Below, in pieces: positions 8,850-17,509 of a stretch of 64,000 bases of DNA. The notes below the pieces were generated by a model. The model did not search any database. It was not told where the DNA came from and saw only the letters and a program-made list of their open reading frames with translations. The number at the start of each line of letters is the position of its first letter. Position 1 is the stretch's first letter. The stretch covers positions 21,333 through 85,332 of the forward strand of contig DATLRN010000010.1 in assembly GCA_035534695.1 (NCBI GenBank), in the 5' to 3' direction. The stretch comes from Candidatus Dormiibacterota bacterium. GTDB taxonomy: Bacteria > Chloroflexota > Dormibacteria > Aeolococcales > Bog-877. A program made the position numbers and the translations under genes.

Positions 8850-10368
8850 CAGCCCTTACCGCCTGCCGGAAACCACCCTGGCGGTAATGGGCGGTGAAGA
8901 AGCCAGGGCAGGCGGGAGAGAGAAGGATCGTGTCTCCCGGCTGGGCCAGCTCGGTGGCAAGGCTGACCGCCTCTTGCAGCGTTCCCAGCCGACTCACCAG
9001 GTCCTCGTGGCCGGCAGTGCTCACCTCCTGAGCCAGCCGGTCAGAGCCTTTCCCGGGAAGCAGCAGCAGCCGCCCCACACTCGCGCCGACCATCTTTGAG
9101 AGCTCACTGAAGTCAATGCCCTTGTCCTCGCCGCCGGCGATCAGGATGCAAGGTCGCCCCAGCCCCATAACTGCCGCCACCGTGGACTGAGGTGTGGTGC
9201 TGGAGAGGTCGTCGACGTAGTCGACACCTCGGTGCTGACGCACCAGCTCAGTGCGATGGCGAAGCGGCCGAAAGCTCTCGACGGCCTGGGCCGCCTTGGC
9301 CAGCTGGTCCGGCTCCAGAGGGGCGAGCACGGCCAGCACCGTGAGCGCCGCCCGCACATTACTCAGATTGTGCCGACCCACCAAGGGGACGCTCGCGGCG
9401 GCCATGACTGCGTGCGAGGTTCCCTGCCAGCGCAGTCGGAGCAGGCCCTCCTCCTCGAAGGCGCCATCCAGACCTGCAAGCTGTTCCAGTCCCCGGGCGA
9501 AGCGCAACTGACGAACCTCTGGACGGAGATCGCCACCGGCCAGACTTTGAGGATCGTCGCCGTTGCGGATCGCCACCTCGCAACCAGGGAGTTCAAAGAT
9601 TCGCCGCTTGGCAGCGACGTAGCCGGCCAGACCCTGGTGCTCGTCGAGGTGATTGGGGGTGATGTTGGTCAGGCAGCCTACCCGGGGAGCTCGCTCCATC
9701 TGGAGCAGCTGGCGGTTGCTGATCTCCAGGACCAGACAGCCCGTGCCATCGTCGCCGGCCACCTCGACCAGGGCCTGGCGGTCGTGCCGGTCGTTGCCGG
9801 CCAGCCAAACCTTGGGGTAGAGACCGCTCTGAGCCACCAGCGCCGCGACCAGGGAGCTGGTCGTCGACTTGCCATGGGTTCCGGTCACCCCCACCACCTC
9901 GCCCCGGGCGAGGTCAAGGTACGCCTGGATCAAGGAGTAAAACGGGTGGCCCCGCTCCTTCAACTGCTGCAGTGGGGCATTGGCCGCAGCCAGGAACCAG
10001 GCCTGGGTGGGGATGATCAGGGCCGAGGTCTCTATTCCCTTGAGGTAGTCGCCCCCCAGCTGCAGTGAGCGCAGTCCGGTGAGCAGTTCCTCAAGACGCT
10101 GGTGGCGCGCATCACGGTCCATCCCAGCGTGGGCCAGGTGGTGGGAGCGGCGCAGGCTCTCCAGGTCCGGCTGCTGGTCGTGGCCGACCAGATTGGTGAA
10201 GCCGGATGCCAGGAGATACCGGGCCATCTCACCGCCCTCGACGCTGGCGACCCCCACCAGGTCGATGCGGCTTTGGCCAAGCTCGGCTAGTCGGGCGGGC
10301 ACCCGAAGTGCGGCATGACCAGACGGCCCAGGGGAGGTAGCCGCCGCGGCAGGGGCCGGGATCTCCAT
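8815..10368 (-). CDS. Mur ligase family protein, MurD-like paralog
   Basis: It has the P-loop GVTGTHGKSTT, the MurD-like GGEDKGIDF, and the C-terminal ILLSPACPGFFTAHYRQGGF. ATG 10368 is chosen because the longer track ORF would overlap the upstream NlpC/P60 gene. Confidence 0.8.
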   Translation of the reverse strand: MEIPAPAAAATSPGPSGHAALRVPARLAELGQSRIDLVGVASVEGGEMARYLLASGFTNLVGHDQQPDLESLRRSHHLAHAGMDRDARHQRLEELLTGLRSLQLGGDYLKGIETSALIIPTQAWFLAAANAPLQQLKERGHPFYSLIQAYLDLARGEVVGVTGTHGKSTTSSLVAALVAQSGLYPKVWLAGNDRHDRQALVEVAGDDGTGCLVLEISNRQLLQMERAPRVGCLTNITPNHLDEHQGLAGYVAAKRRIFELPGCEVAIRNGDDPQSLAGGDLRPEVRQLRFARGLEQLAGLDGAFEEEGLLRLRWQGTSHAVMAAASVPLVGRHNLSNVRAALTVLAVLAPLEPDQLAKAAQAVESFRPLRHRTELVRQHRGVDYVDDLSSTTPQSTVAAVMGLGRPCILIAGGEDKGIDFSELSKMVGASVGRLLLLPGKGSDRLAQEVSTAGHEDLVSRLGTLQEAVSLATELAQPGDTILLSPACPGFFTAHYRQGGFRQAVRAATSPRPRMGPE

Positions 10369-10378
10369 CCGAGCTAGG

Positions 10379-11260
10379 TTAGCGGGGGGGAGCGATTGCT
10401 CCCGGCACCCGGCGAACGGTGAGCACCTGATAGCGCTGGCGGAAGTCGTTGAGGGGTTCGCGACGCACCTCGTTGCACTCGCTGCAGGCATGAACCACAT
10501 CGTCATCGGCTAGATAGAGGGCGACGTGGCTGGTCCGTTTCGGACCGCGGTGGACGGCGCAGATCAGATCTGCCTCACGCAACCCGGCGATCTGCACCCG
10601 CTCCCCGATCTTTCGCTGGGCCCGGCTGTTGCGGGGCAGGAGCACCCCGGCCTTGAGGTAGGCGCGCCAGCTGAGGCCGGAGCAGTCGATCCCCTGGCCC
10701 CCGGTGCCGCCGAAGACGTAGGGGCGCCCAAGCAGGTCGAGCGCTGCCTGCCGCACCACCTGCGGGTCCCAACCGGAGGCGGGCACGTTGGCCGCCCCGG
10801 CCACTCCCTCCGCAATAGCTGGTCCCCAGCGGTAGGGCGAGCCGGGGCGCACCCAGCCTACCGCCTCCCCGGGGGCCCTGACCAGGTAATGGCCCTGCCG
10901 GACGGCGAGCAGCCCGGCGGCGGGGTCTCCCGGGAGCAGCTGGGTGGTGAGCTCCTGTCTCTCCGAGGTCTCATCGGGATGGCGCCGCCAGATGTCCAGC
11001 GTTCCCCCTGCGGGATAGAGGGCGACACGGGTGCGCCGGGTGGCCAGTACCAGGAGTCGGCAGTTGGCTCCCGGCCAGAGTTCGGTCACCCGTCGGCGCA
11101 ACTCCAGTGCCTGGGCCGGCAGTGCCACCGTGCCCCGGATCCCATCAACGGTCAACCGGACTTCAATCAGGGCCTCGCCATAGCGAGCCGTTGCCTGGCG
11201 GCGAAGACCATCAAGGGCGTCTTCCAGCGCCACCGAGAGCGCGCCCGGGGCAGAGTTCAA
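10379..11260 (-). CDS. NlpC/P60 (C40) cysteine peptidase, no signal peptide
   Basis: GRPYVFGGTGGQGIDCSGLSWRAY...SHVALYL provides the catalytic Cys/His core. A TTG start at 11260 overlaps the upstream stop (TTGA). An alternative GTG lies at 11290. The N-terminus is not hydrophobic. Confidence 0.8.
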   Translation of the reverse strand: MNSAPGALSVALEDALDGLRRQATARYGEALIEVRLTVDGIRGTVALPAQALELRRRVTELWPGANCRLLVLATRRTRVALYPAGGTLDIWRRHPDETSERQELTTQLLPGDPAAGLLAVRQGHYLVRAPGEAVGWVRPGSPYRWGPAIAEGVAGAANVPASGWDPQVVRQAALDLLGRPYVFGGTGGQGIDCSGLSWRAYLKAGVLLPRNSRAQRKIGERVQIAGLREADLICAVHRGPKRTSHVALYLADDDVVHACSECNEVRREPLNDFRQRYQVLTVRRVPGAIAPPR

Positions 11261-12135
11261 CGTTCGGCCTGCCCAAAGAGTCGCCACCACCCGGTACGGT
11301 GCACCTCACCTTTGAGCTGAGCTGGATGGAGTTGTAGAGATTGGCCATCAGTGCTGAGCAAAATTGGGCTCAAAGGGAAGCTCGCCAGCCGGTAAAGTCG
11401 GCGTACCAACTCGGTCATCTTGTCGTGGCTGGCGGCGTCGCCAATGCCAGCCACCACCATGGCCCGGTCCGGTGCCGCCAGGGCGGCACGGCCGTCGCCC
11501 AGCTCGGCGAGCCTCTCCAAGAAGGCGGGCACCAGCAGAAGGCTGCTTGCAAAGAGGATGTCGTCGGTGAAGAGCCAGGTTCTCTGCTCCGGTTCCTTCT
11601 TCAGGACCGTGCTCCAGCGGGTCAAGCGGAGGGCGGTGTTGCGATCGGCGAGTTCCACCAGGTTCTCCTCCGCGAGACCGCCCATCTCCGCCTCGGCGCG
11701 GGAAACTCCGCGCATGGCATCTCCGGGCAGCGCCTCGGCGACAAACGCCAGCAGGCCTCCGGGGAGCTCTCGGGTGGCGAGCTCGGCATAGCGACTGAAT
11801 CGGCGAATGCTGCGCCCAGCGCGGACGCACCAGACCAAGGCGCCCGGATCCGGAGTCGGAGTGGAGAGCTCAGGACGGTCCTCGGCAGCGCTCAGCCGGG
11901 GCGCGGCCGCGCTGACGAAATGCGAGATGCGCTCCGGCATTGACACCTCAGGCCGGCTCGCTTCCGCGAAGAGCGACTCCAAAGAGAGCGCTACCTGGGC
12001 TCGATCCTTGTGGGCCAGGACCCCAAAATCGTCGTCGCGGGCACTGAAATCCCACCCTCGGTAGCGAGCCCGAAACTGGGTTAGGAGTCGCTCCTGGAAC
12101 AGTCGGCGCTCGCTGTCCAAGCGTATTGTCGGCAT
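11257..12135 (-). CDS. hypothetical protein
   Basis: The ORF is 292 aa with high GC3, and it is tightly packed between the vWA and NlpC/P60 genes. No family was recognised. Confidence 0.6.
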   Translation of the reverse strand: MPTIRLDSERRLFQERLLTQFRARYRGWDFSARDDDFGVLAHKDRAQVALSLESLFAEASRPEVSMPERISHFVSAAAPRLSAAEDRPELSTPTPDPGALVWCVRAGRSIRRFSRYAELATRELPGGLLAFVAEALPGDAMRGVSRAEAEMGGLAEENLVELADRNTALRLTRWSTVLKKEPEQRTWLFTDDILFASSLLLVPAFLERLAELGDGRAALAAPDRAMVVAGIGDAASHDKMTELVRRLYRLASFPLSPILLSTDGQSLQLHPAQLKGEVHRTGWWRLFGQAER

Positions 12136-12139
12136 CGGT

Positions 12140-14128
12140 CTAGTTTGACCGCGAGCGCGAGGCTACGTAGTCCACTAGCACGTAGTCGCCGAGCCGGTCG
12201 GGGCTGACGAAGAAGACGCGACCTCGGTTCTGGCGAGTGAGTTGCTGGATGAACTGGACCAGGTATTGGTTGGTCTCGAGCATGAAGGTGTTAATTACAA
12301 TTCCCTCCCTGGTGCAGTGACGCACCTCCTGAAGGGTCTTGCGGAATGTCTCGGGTAAGGGCGGATACATGAAGACGGCATGGGTGCCTTCCATGTGGGC
12401 TGTGGGCTCGCCATCGCTGACGATGATTATCTGGCGATTCCCGGCCCGATGGCGATGCAGCAGACGGCGCGCCAGCATCAGTCCGTGCTGCATGTTGGTG
12501 CCGTAGACGTACTCGCTGTAGGAGAGTTGGGCCAGCATGGCCGGACTGATTTCCCGGGCGTAGTCGGAAAATCCGACGACGTACAGAGTGTCCCGGGGAT
12601 ACTGGGTGCGGATCAATGAATTCAGCGCCAATGCCATTTTCTTGGCGGCGTAGAAGTATCCCCGAAGCGGCATGCTGCGGCTCATGTCGAGCATCAGCAC
12701 GGTGTTGGTCTGCACGCTGCGCTCGGATTCCCGCACCTCGAAGTCGTCGACGTGTAGGCGAAGCGGCCGGCTTCCGTCGCTGTGGCGGACTGCGTTCATG
12801 AGGGTCTTTTCTACGTCCAGGTTGAAGGGATCCCCGAACTGGTAGGGCTTGCTGTCATCACCGACCTCGGGGCCGGTCCCCAGGCTGCCCTGGGGATGAC
12901 TGCCGAAGCCATCCGCAGAGAGGTGCTGGAAGATGTCCGCCAGCGCCTTCTGGCCGATCTTGCGCACTCCCTGCGGGGTCAGCTCCAGCCCCTCGCCATT
13001 GCGCCGGAGCTGTCCTTTCGCCTCCAGTTCTCTGACCAGGGCCTGGATCTTGAGCAGATTGGCGGCCGAGTCCGGTCCCAGACTCTCCGCCATCTGCTCC
13101 AGCAGCTCCGGGGGTACATCGGCGCCGGTGTACGCCTGGCGGAGGCCCCTCTCCAGAGAATCGAGCTGTTGCAGTTCGCCCATCACGTCGAGGGCGCCTG
13201 GGAGATCGAGTTCCTCGCCGCCGAAGAAGGGAAAACGCGAACCGGAAGATGCCTGAGGGGACATCTGGCCGAGCAGGCGTGAGAGCCGGGCCAGCTGGTC
13301 TTGGAGTTCTTCGTCGCTGAGGGCGGCGCGCATGATCTCCTGAAGCTGCTCGCGCATTTCCGGCGACGCTGATTCCAGCAGTGAGTCGAGCTCGGCCATC
13401 TGCTGGCGCAGCTGGTCTAAAAAGGAATCCAGATCCTCGGGATGGTCGGGGAAGTAGCTGCCCCACTTCTCCATGAACTCCTCGTATCGAGGTGGTTCGC
13501 CCCGCTGCTGCCGCTCCAGCATCTGGTTGAGGTCGCGGATCATTTCGCGCAGCTGTCCGATGTCCTGCGTCCCCAGGTTCTGGACCGCCCTACCGAGGTC
13601 CTGGAAGTGACGCTCGACGAGGTTGCGGCGGAGCTCGCCCAGCAGCTCCTGAAAGTCCCGACCCGCCTCCTGGTCGAGGAACTCGTACTCCTGGAGCTGG
13701 CGGATGGCGGAACCCGCCTCCGGGGGCAGGGCGTCGAGCTGCTCCAGGCGGCTCCGGGTCAGTTTCTCCAGCAAGCGCTGGTGATCGCTGCCAGCCGCCT
13801 CGCGGGCGCGCTCCTGGAGGGTGGTGCGCTCCTTTTGGAGAATCCGGTCGAGCCGCTCCTCGATGTCCTTGAAGAGGCCATCCAGGTTGTAGCGCTCAAG
13901 CTTCTCTTGGCGCTGCTCGCGGACCTGGTCGAGGAGGTCTTCCAGGCCTCGTAGCTGGTTCCCTTGGCTGTCCCTGAAGCCCTGGCTCAGGAGGCGACGG
14001 AGGGCGGACTCGAAGTCCCAGCCGTGGAAGACATCCTCCGCCAGGCGCGAGAAGAGTTCCCCCGAGTCAGGAAGGTCACCCTCCTGACTGCCGTCCCAAC
14101 GGCTGTACAGCTGACGGGCCGCGGCCAT
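12140..14128 (-). CDS. von Willebrand factor A (vWA) domain protein with long acidic/coiled N-terminal region
   Basis: The C-terminal vWA domain has a MIDAS motif, VLMLDMSRSM...VVGFSDYA...IIIVSDGEPTAH. The N-terminal 400 aa are rich in E/L/Q repeats. Confidence 0.8.
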   Translation of the reverse strand: MAAARQLYSRWDGSQEGDLPDSGELFSRLAEDVFHGWDFESALRRLLSQGFRDSQGNQLRGLEDLLDQVREQRQEKLERYNLDGLFKDIEERLDRILQKERTTLQERAREAAGSDHQRLLEKLTRSRLEQLDALPPEAGSAIRQLQEYEFLDQEAGRDFQELLGELRRNLVERHFQDLGRAVQNLGTQDIGQLREMIRDLNQMLERQQRGEPPRYEEFMEKWGSYFPDHPEDLDSFLDQLRQQMAELDSLLESASPEMREQLQEIMRAALSDEELQDQLARLSRLLGQMSPQASSGSRFPFFGGEELDLPGALDVMGELQQLDSLERGLRQAYTGADVPPELLEQMAESLGPDSAANLLKIQALVRELEAKGQLRRNGEGLELTPQGVRKIGQKALADIFQHLSADGFGSHPQGSLGTGPEVGDDSKPYQFGDPFNLDVEKTLMNAVRHSDGSRPLRLHVDDFEVRESERSVQTNTVLMLDMSRSMPLRGYFYAAKKMALALNSLIRTQYPRDTLYVVGFSDYAREISPAMLAQLSYSEYVYGTNMQHGLMLARRLLHRHRAGNRQIIIVSDGEPTAHMEGTHAVFMYPPLPETFRKTLQEVRHCTREGIVINTFMLETNQYLVQFIQQLTRQNRGRVFFVSPDRLGDYVLVDYVASRSRSN

Positions 14129-14138
14129 TGCCGCTCGC

Positions 14139-15533
14139 CTAGCTTCCGTAGACGGTGGTGCCGTCCACCACTGTCTTGTTGAGGCGCTTGGAGAGGTGCA
14201 ATCCCTCCAGCACCAGTTCCAAGGCAGCTGCCACCGACCCAGGCTGCTGGGGCTCGTCGAGGTCGCTCAGGATCCGCTTCATCTCGGGGATGCCATCGGC
14301 CACCTGGAGGTAACGCTCGAGCGGCACCATCTCGCCGACTTCGATGGTTAGCCCTTCCTCGAAGCGGGCCAGCACCGGGGCGAACTCTTGCACCGCGAAG
14401 TGGCGGCGGAAGACGTTGGTGCAGGCGCTCCGCAGCAGCTTCTGGAGCAGGGCCTGATCCTCACCCTCCTCCCAGGTCTCCAGTTCCAGCTTGCCCAGGG
14501 TCGAGGCGGTGAGCGCGCCGAGGTCGCTCAGCCGGGGCACGGCCTCGGGCTCGGAGAGACTTATCGCCCGGCGAACCGCGTTGGCGCAGAGGCTCTCGAA
14601 ATTGGCGATCGAGAGCCTGACCGAGACTCCGGAACGTTGGTTGATCTGGGTAGTACGCCGGGCCAGTTGGGAAATCTCGGCGACCAGCTCCAGCATGTAT
14701 TGGGGCACGTGGAGGGGAATGCCCAGGCCCGAGAACTGATCACGTTCCTGTTCAACGATTTCGGCCTCCGCCTCCGGGGAACGCGGATAGTGGGTCCGGA
14801 TCTGGGCTCCGAAGCGGTCCTTGAGCGGGGTGATGATCCGACCCCGGTTGGTGTAGTCCTCCGGGTTGGCCGTGGCCACCACCAGCACGTCGAGCGGCAG
14901 ACGAACCTGGAAGCCGCGAATCTGGACGTCGCGCTCTTCCATGATGTTGAGTAATCCCACCTGAATCCGCTCGGCCAGGTCGGGAAGTTCGTTGATGGCA
15001 AAGATGCCCCGGTTGACCCGGGGCAGCAGGCCGTAGTGGATGGTCAGCTCGTCGGCCAGATAACGTCCTTCGGCCACCCGAATCGGGTCCACCTCGCCGA
15101 TCAGGTCGGCGATGGACGTGTCGGGGGTGGCCAGCTTTTCGCCGAAGCGCTCCTCCCGGCCGATCCAAGTTATCGGCGTTTGGTCTCCCAGCTCGGCGAC
15201 CAGGTCGCGACCGAGGCGGCTGATCGGCGCATAGGGATGGTCGTGCACCTCACTCCCACTAATCATCGGCACCGCTTCGTCCAGGAGTTGGGCCATGGCC
15301 CGGATCAGCCGCGACTTGGCCTGGCCCCGTTCCCCGAGGAAGACCATGTCCTGCCCAGCCAGCAGAGCATTCTCGATCTGGGGCAGCACCGTGTCCTGGT
15401 ACCCGACCAGACCCTGGAACCGCTCCCGGCCGTGGCGCAATGCCTCGATCAGGTTGTCCCGCAGCTCCTCCCGGACCGAGCGCATCCGGTACTCGCTGCC
15501 CCGAAGCTCACCAAGGGTGCTGGGGAGTGCCAT
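14139..15533 (-). CDS. AAA+ ATPase, Mg-chelatase ChlI/BchI-like
   Basis: It has the Walker A-like VFLGERGQAKSRL, the Walker B/sensor region GIFAINELPDL, and LLNIMEERDVQIRG...VLVVATANPEDY. It lies 10 bp upstream of its vWA partner. Confidence 0.8.
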   Translation of the reverse strand: MALPSTLGELRGSEYRMRSVREELRDNLIEALRHGRERFQGLVGYQDTVLPQIENALLAGQDMVFLGERGQAKSRLIRAMAQLLDEAVPMISGSEVHDHPYAPISRLGRDLVAELGDQTPITWIGREERFGEKLATPDTSIADLIGEVDPIRVAEGRYLADELTIHYGLLPRVNRGIFAINELPDLAERIQVGLLNIMEERDVQIRGFQVRLPLDVLVVATANPEDYTNRGRIITPLKDRFGAQIRTHYPRSPEAEAEIVEQERDQFSGLGIPLHVPQYMLELVAEISQLARRTTQINQRSGVSVRLSIANFESLCANAVRRAISLSEPEAVPRLSDLGALTASTLGKLELETWEEGEDQALLQKLLRSACTNVFRRHFAVQEFAPVLARFEEGLTIEVGEMVPLERYLQVADGIPEMKRILSDLDEPQQPGSVAAALELVLEGLHLSKRLNKTVVDGTTVYGS

Positions 15534-15677
15534 TCAGTCCCTAGCACCCCGACCACCAGGGCGCACCATTTGCCCACTATAGTCAGGGCCTCCAGAGCGA
15601 GCCGGAAGTGAGAGCGAGCTCCGGCCCGGGTCCCTGCCCCCTCTCCCCGGAGCCCCGATCCTCCAAGCTAGGAAGCT

Positions 15678-16478
15678 ATGGACAGCAACCCTTCCGAGCC
15701 GGCTGCGAGCGGTGCCAGCGGCTATGGCCAGCACCGCCAGTCCGCCGCCGGCCAGGCGGGCTACACGGTCCGATTCGGCTGGGGCCTGCCTGGAGTCGCG
15801 GCTCTGGCCCCGCATTCGGATGTGCTGGTGGTGGTCGATGTGATCACCTTCTCCACCGCGGTGGCGGTGGCGATGGAGCGTGGTTGCCGTATATACCCTC
15901 ACCCCTGGGACCCCGAGACCGCCCGGGCCCGGGGTCTTGAGCTGGGGATCCCGGTGGCGGTGAGTCGCTCAGCGGTATCCCCCGAGCATCCCTATTCCCT
16001 CTCCCCGGCGACTCTCAGCCGAGCCCCTACCGGAACCTCGATCGTGCTGCCCTCGCCCAACGGGTCGGCTCTCTCGGCAGCCGCCGGTCAGTACCCGGCT
16101 CAGGTTCTCGTCGGCTCTTTGCGCAATGCATTCGCGGTTGCCCGCTTCGCCCGCCAGCAGGGCAAGGTGATCTCGGTCATTGCCGCCGGTGAGCGCTGGG
16201 CCGACGGATCCCTGGACCTGGCACTGGAGGACATGATCGGGGCCGGAGCGATCATCGACGGCCTGCGTCGACGGCGGCGTTCGCCCGAGGCGACGGCCGC
16301 CGCGGTGGTCTACCGGCAGGCGCGAAAACAGGGCTTGCGGGCAACTCTGCGAGAGTGCGTTTCGGGGCGCGAGATGCGCCGCCGAGAATATGGTGATGAG
16401 CTGGAGTGGGCGGCTGCGCTCAACGTAACAACGTTCGTCCCGGTACTCCACAATGGTGCCTTCCAGGGAGTCGGCTGA
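15678..16478 (+). CDS. 2-phosphosulfolactate phosphatase (ComB) family protein
   Basis: VLVVVDVITFSTAVAVAMERG, together with the length and overall layout, resembles the ComB family. The call is weak because it rests on recognition only. Confidence 0.5.
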   Translation: MDSNPSEPAASGASGYGQHRQSAAGQAGYTVRFGWGLPGVAALAPHSDVLVVVDVITFSTAVAVAMERGCRIYPHPWDPETARARGLELGIPVAVSRSAVSPEHPYSLSPATLSRAPTGTSIVLPSPNGSALSAAAGQYPAQVLVGSLRNAFAVARFARQQGKVISVIAAGERWADGSLDLALEDMIGAGAIIDGLRRRRRSPEATAAAVVYRQARKQGLRATLRECVSGREMRRREYGDELEWAAALNVTTFVPVLHNGAFQGVG

Positions 16479-16610
16479 TCAGCAGTGTCACCACCTGCTT
16501 AGCCAACCACGCGCCTTGCGGAAGACGGTCCGAGGCGCCCAGCTAGCGTCACCGGACAAGAGGATGATTCCGTCACCGCACGGTGCCACGGCACCGATAG
16601 AGGAGGAGCC

Positions 16611-16991
16611 ATGACCGATCACTCCCAGGTCCTCAAGGATTTGAGCGCACCGATCTCCGAACTGCGGCAGGCGATTCCTGACGTTTGGGCGGCCTACAGC
16701 CAGACCCAGCGCGCGGCGACGGCGGAAGGGGCGGTGTCCGCCAAACACAAGGAACTGATCGCACTGGCGATCTCCATCGTGAAAAGATGCGATGGCTGCG
16801 TCGCCGCCCACGCCCGTGGTGCGGCGCGTCGGGGCGCCACGCCGCAAGAGGTTGCCGAGACGATCGGCGTCACGCTCTCACTCGAAGGTGGTCCGGCCAC
16901 GGTGTGGGGCCCGCGGGCCTGGGAGGCCTACCAGCAGTTCGCCGCCGAGTACCCCCAGACCAACGAGGGCGCTCTGCATCGGGGACAATGA
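16611..16991 (+). CDS. carboxymuconolactone decarboxylase / AhpD-like family protein
   Basis: KHKELIALAISIVKRCDGCVAAHARGAARRGATPQEVAE contains the CxxC of the AhpD/CMD family. A strong SD (GAGGAGGAG) precedes the ATG. Confidence 0.75.
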   Translation: MTDHSQVLKDLSAPISELRQAIPDVWAAYSQTQRAATAEGAVSAKHKELIALAISIVKRCDGCVAAHARGAARRGATPQEVAETIGVTLSLEGGPATVWGPRAWEAYQQFAAEYPQTNEGALHRGQ

Positions 16992-17049
16992 CGATCGCTG
17001 ACGCGACGCTCAGGGTGGCGGCTTTGGCGTATGTGAAGGGGGATCAAAC

Positions 17050-17451
17050 GTGACTGGCTTCAAGGCGTTCCTGATGAAAGGGAACCTGGTTCAACTCGCG
17101 GTGGCCTTCGTCATGGGCCTCACCTTTGCCACCCTGATCCAGTCCGTGGTGGGCGCCTTGTTCAGTCCGCTGATCCTGGCAATCGTCGGCAAGCCCACGT
17201 TGAACACACTGTATTTCACCATCAACCATGCCCACTTTCAGTACGGGCAAGTCATCAACGCCGCCATCATCTTCGTCCTCACCGCGGCGGTTCTCTACTT
17301 CGTAATCGTCGTGCCGTACCAAGCCCTGGTGACGCGTACTCAGCGCCTGCCCGATCCCACCACCAAGCAGTGCCCGGAGTGCCTCAGCGAGATTCCCCTC
17401 GGTGCCTCGAGGTGTGCCTTCTGCACGGCCGCGCAACCAGCGCTCAACTGA
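17050..17451 (+). CDS. mscL: large-conductance mechanosensitive channel MscL with C-terminal CxxC...CxxC tail
   Basis: FKAFLMKGNLVQLAVAFVMGLTFATLIQSVV is the TM1 signature, and a second TM follows. The tail reads CPECLSEIPLGASRCAFC. Confidence 0.8.
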   Translation: MTGFKAFLMKGNLVQLAVAFVMGLTFATLIQSVVGALFSPLILAIVGKPTLNTLYFTINHAHFQYGQVINAAIIFVLTAAVLYFVIVVPYQALVTRTQRLPDPTTKQCPECLSEIPLGASRCAFCTAAQPALN

Positions 17452-17509
17452 CCCCCCAAGCCAGCTGCCTTAGAGAGCGCCATGGTCGCCGTCGGCTAGT
17501 TTGGTAGCG

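Noticed and set aside
8663-8887. Track ORF of 74 aa (+), extremely Arg/Pro-rich (MEVSREHDRRRRQELPRLRDG...).
   Set aside because: It is the wrong reading frame over the same DNA as the LysW-like gene. The 8676 frame gives a zinc-ribbon protein with proper GC3 bias, whereas this frame gives low-complexity Arg/Pro sequence typical of off-frame translation in high-GC DNA.
9232-11320. + strand ORFs of 278 aa and 264 aa opposite the MurD-like and NlpC/P60 genes.
   Set aside because: They have no domains and a shadow-ORF composition, while the minus strand carries clear catalytic motifs. The same reasoning applies to 19168..20037, 21009..21848, 36186..37127, 51573..52421 and 52572..53513.
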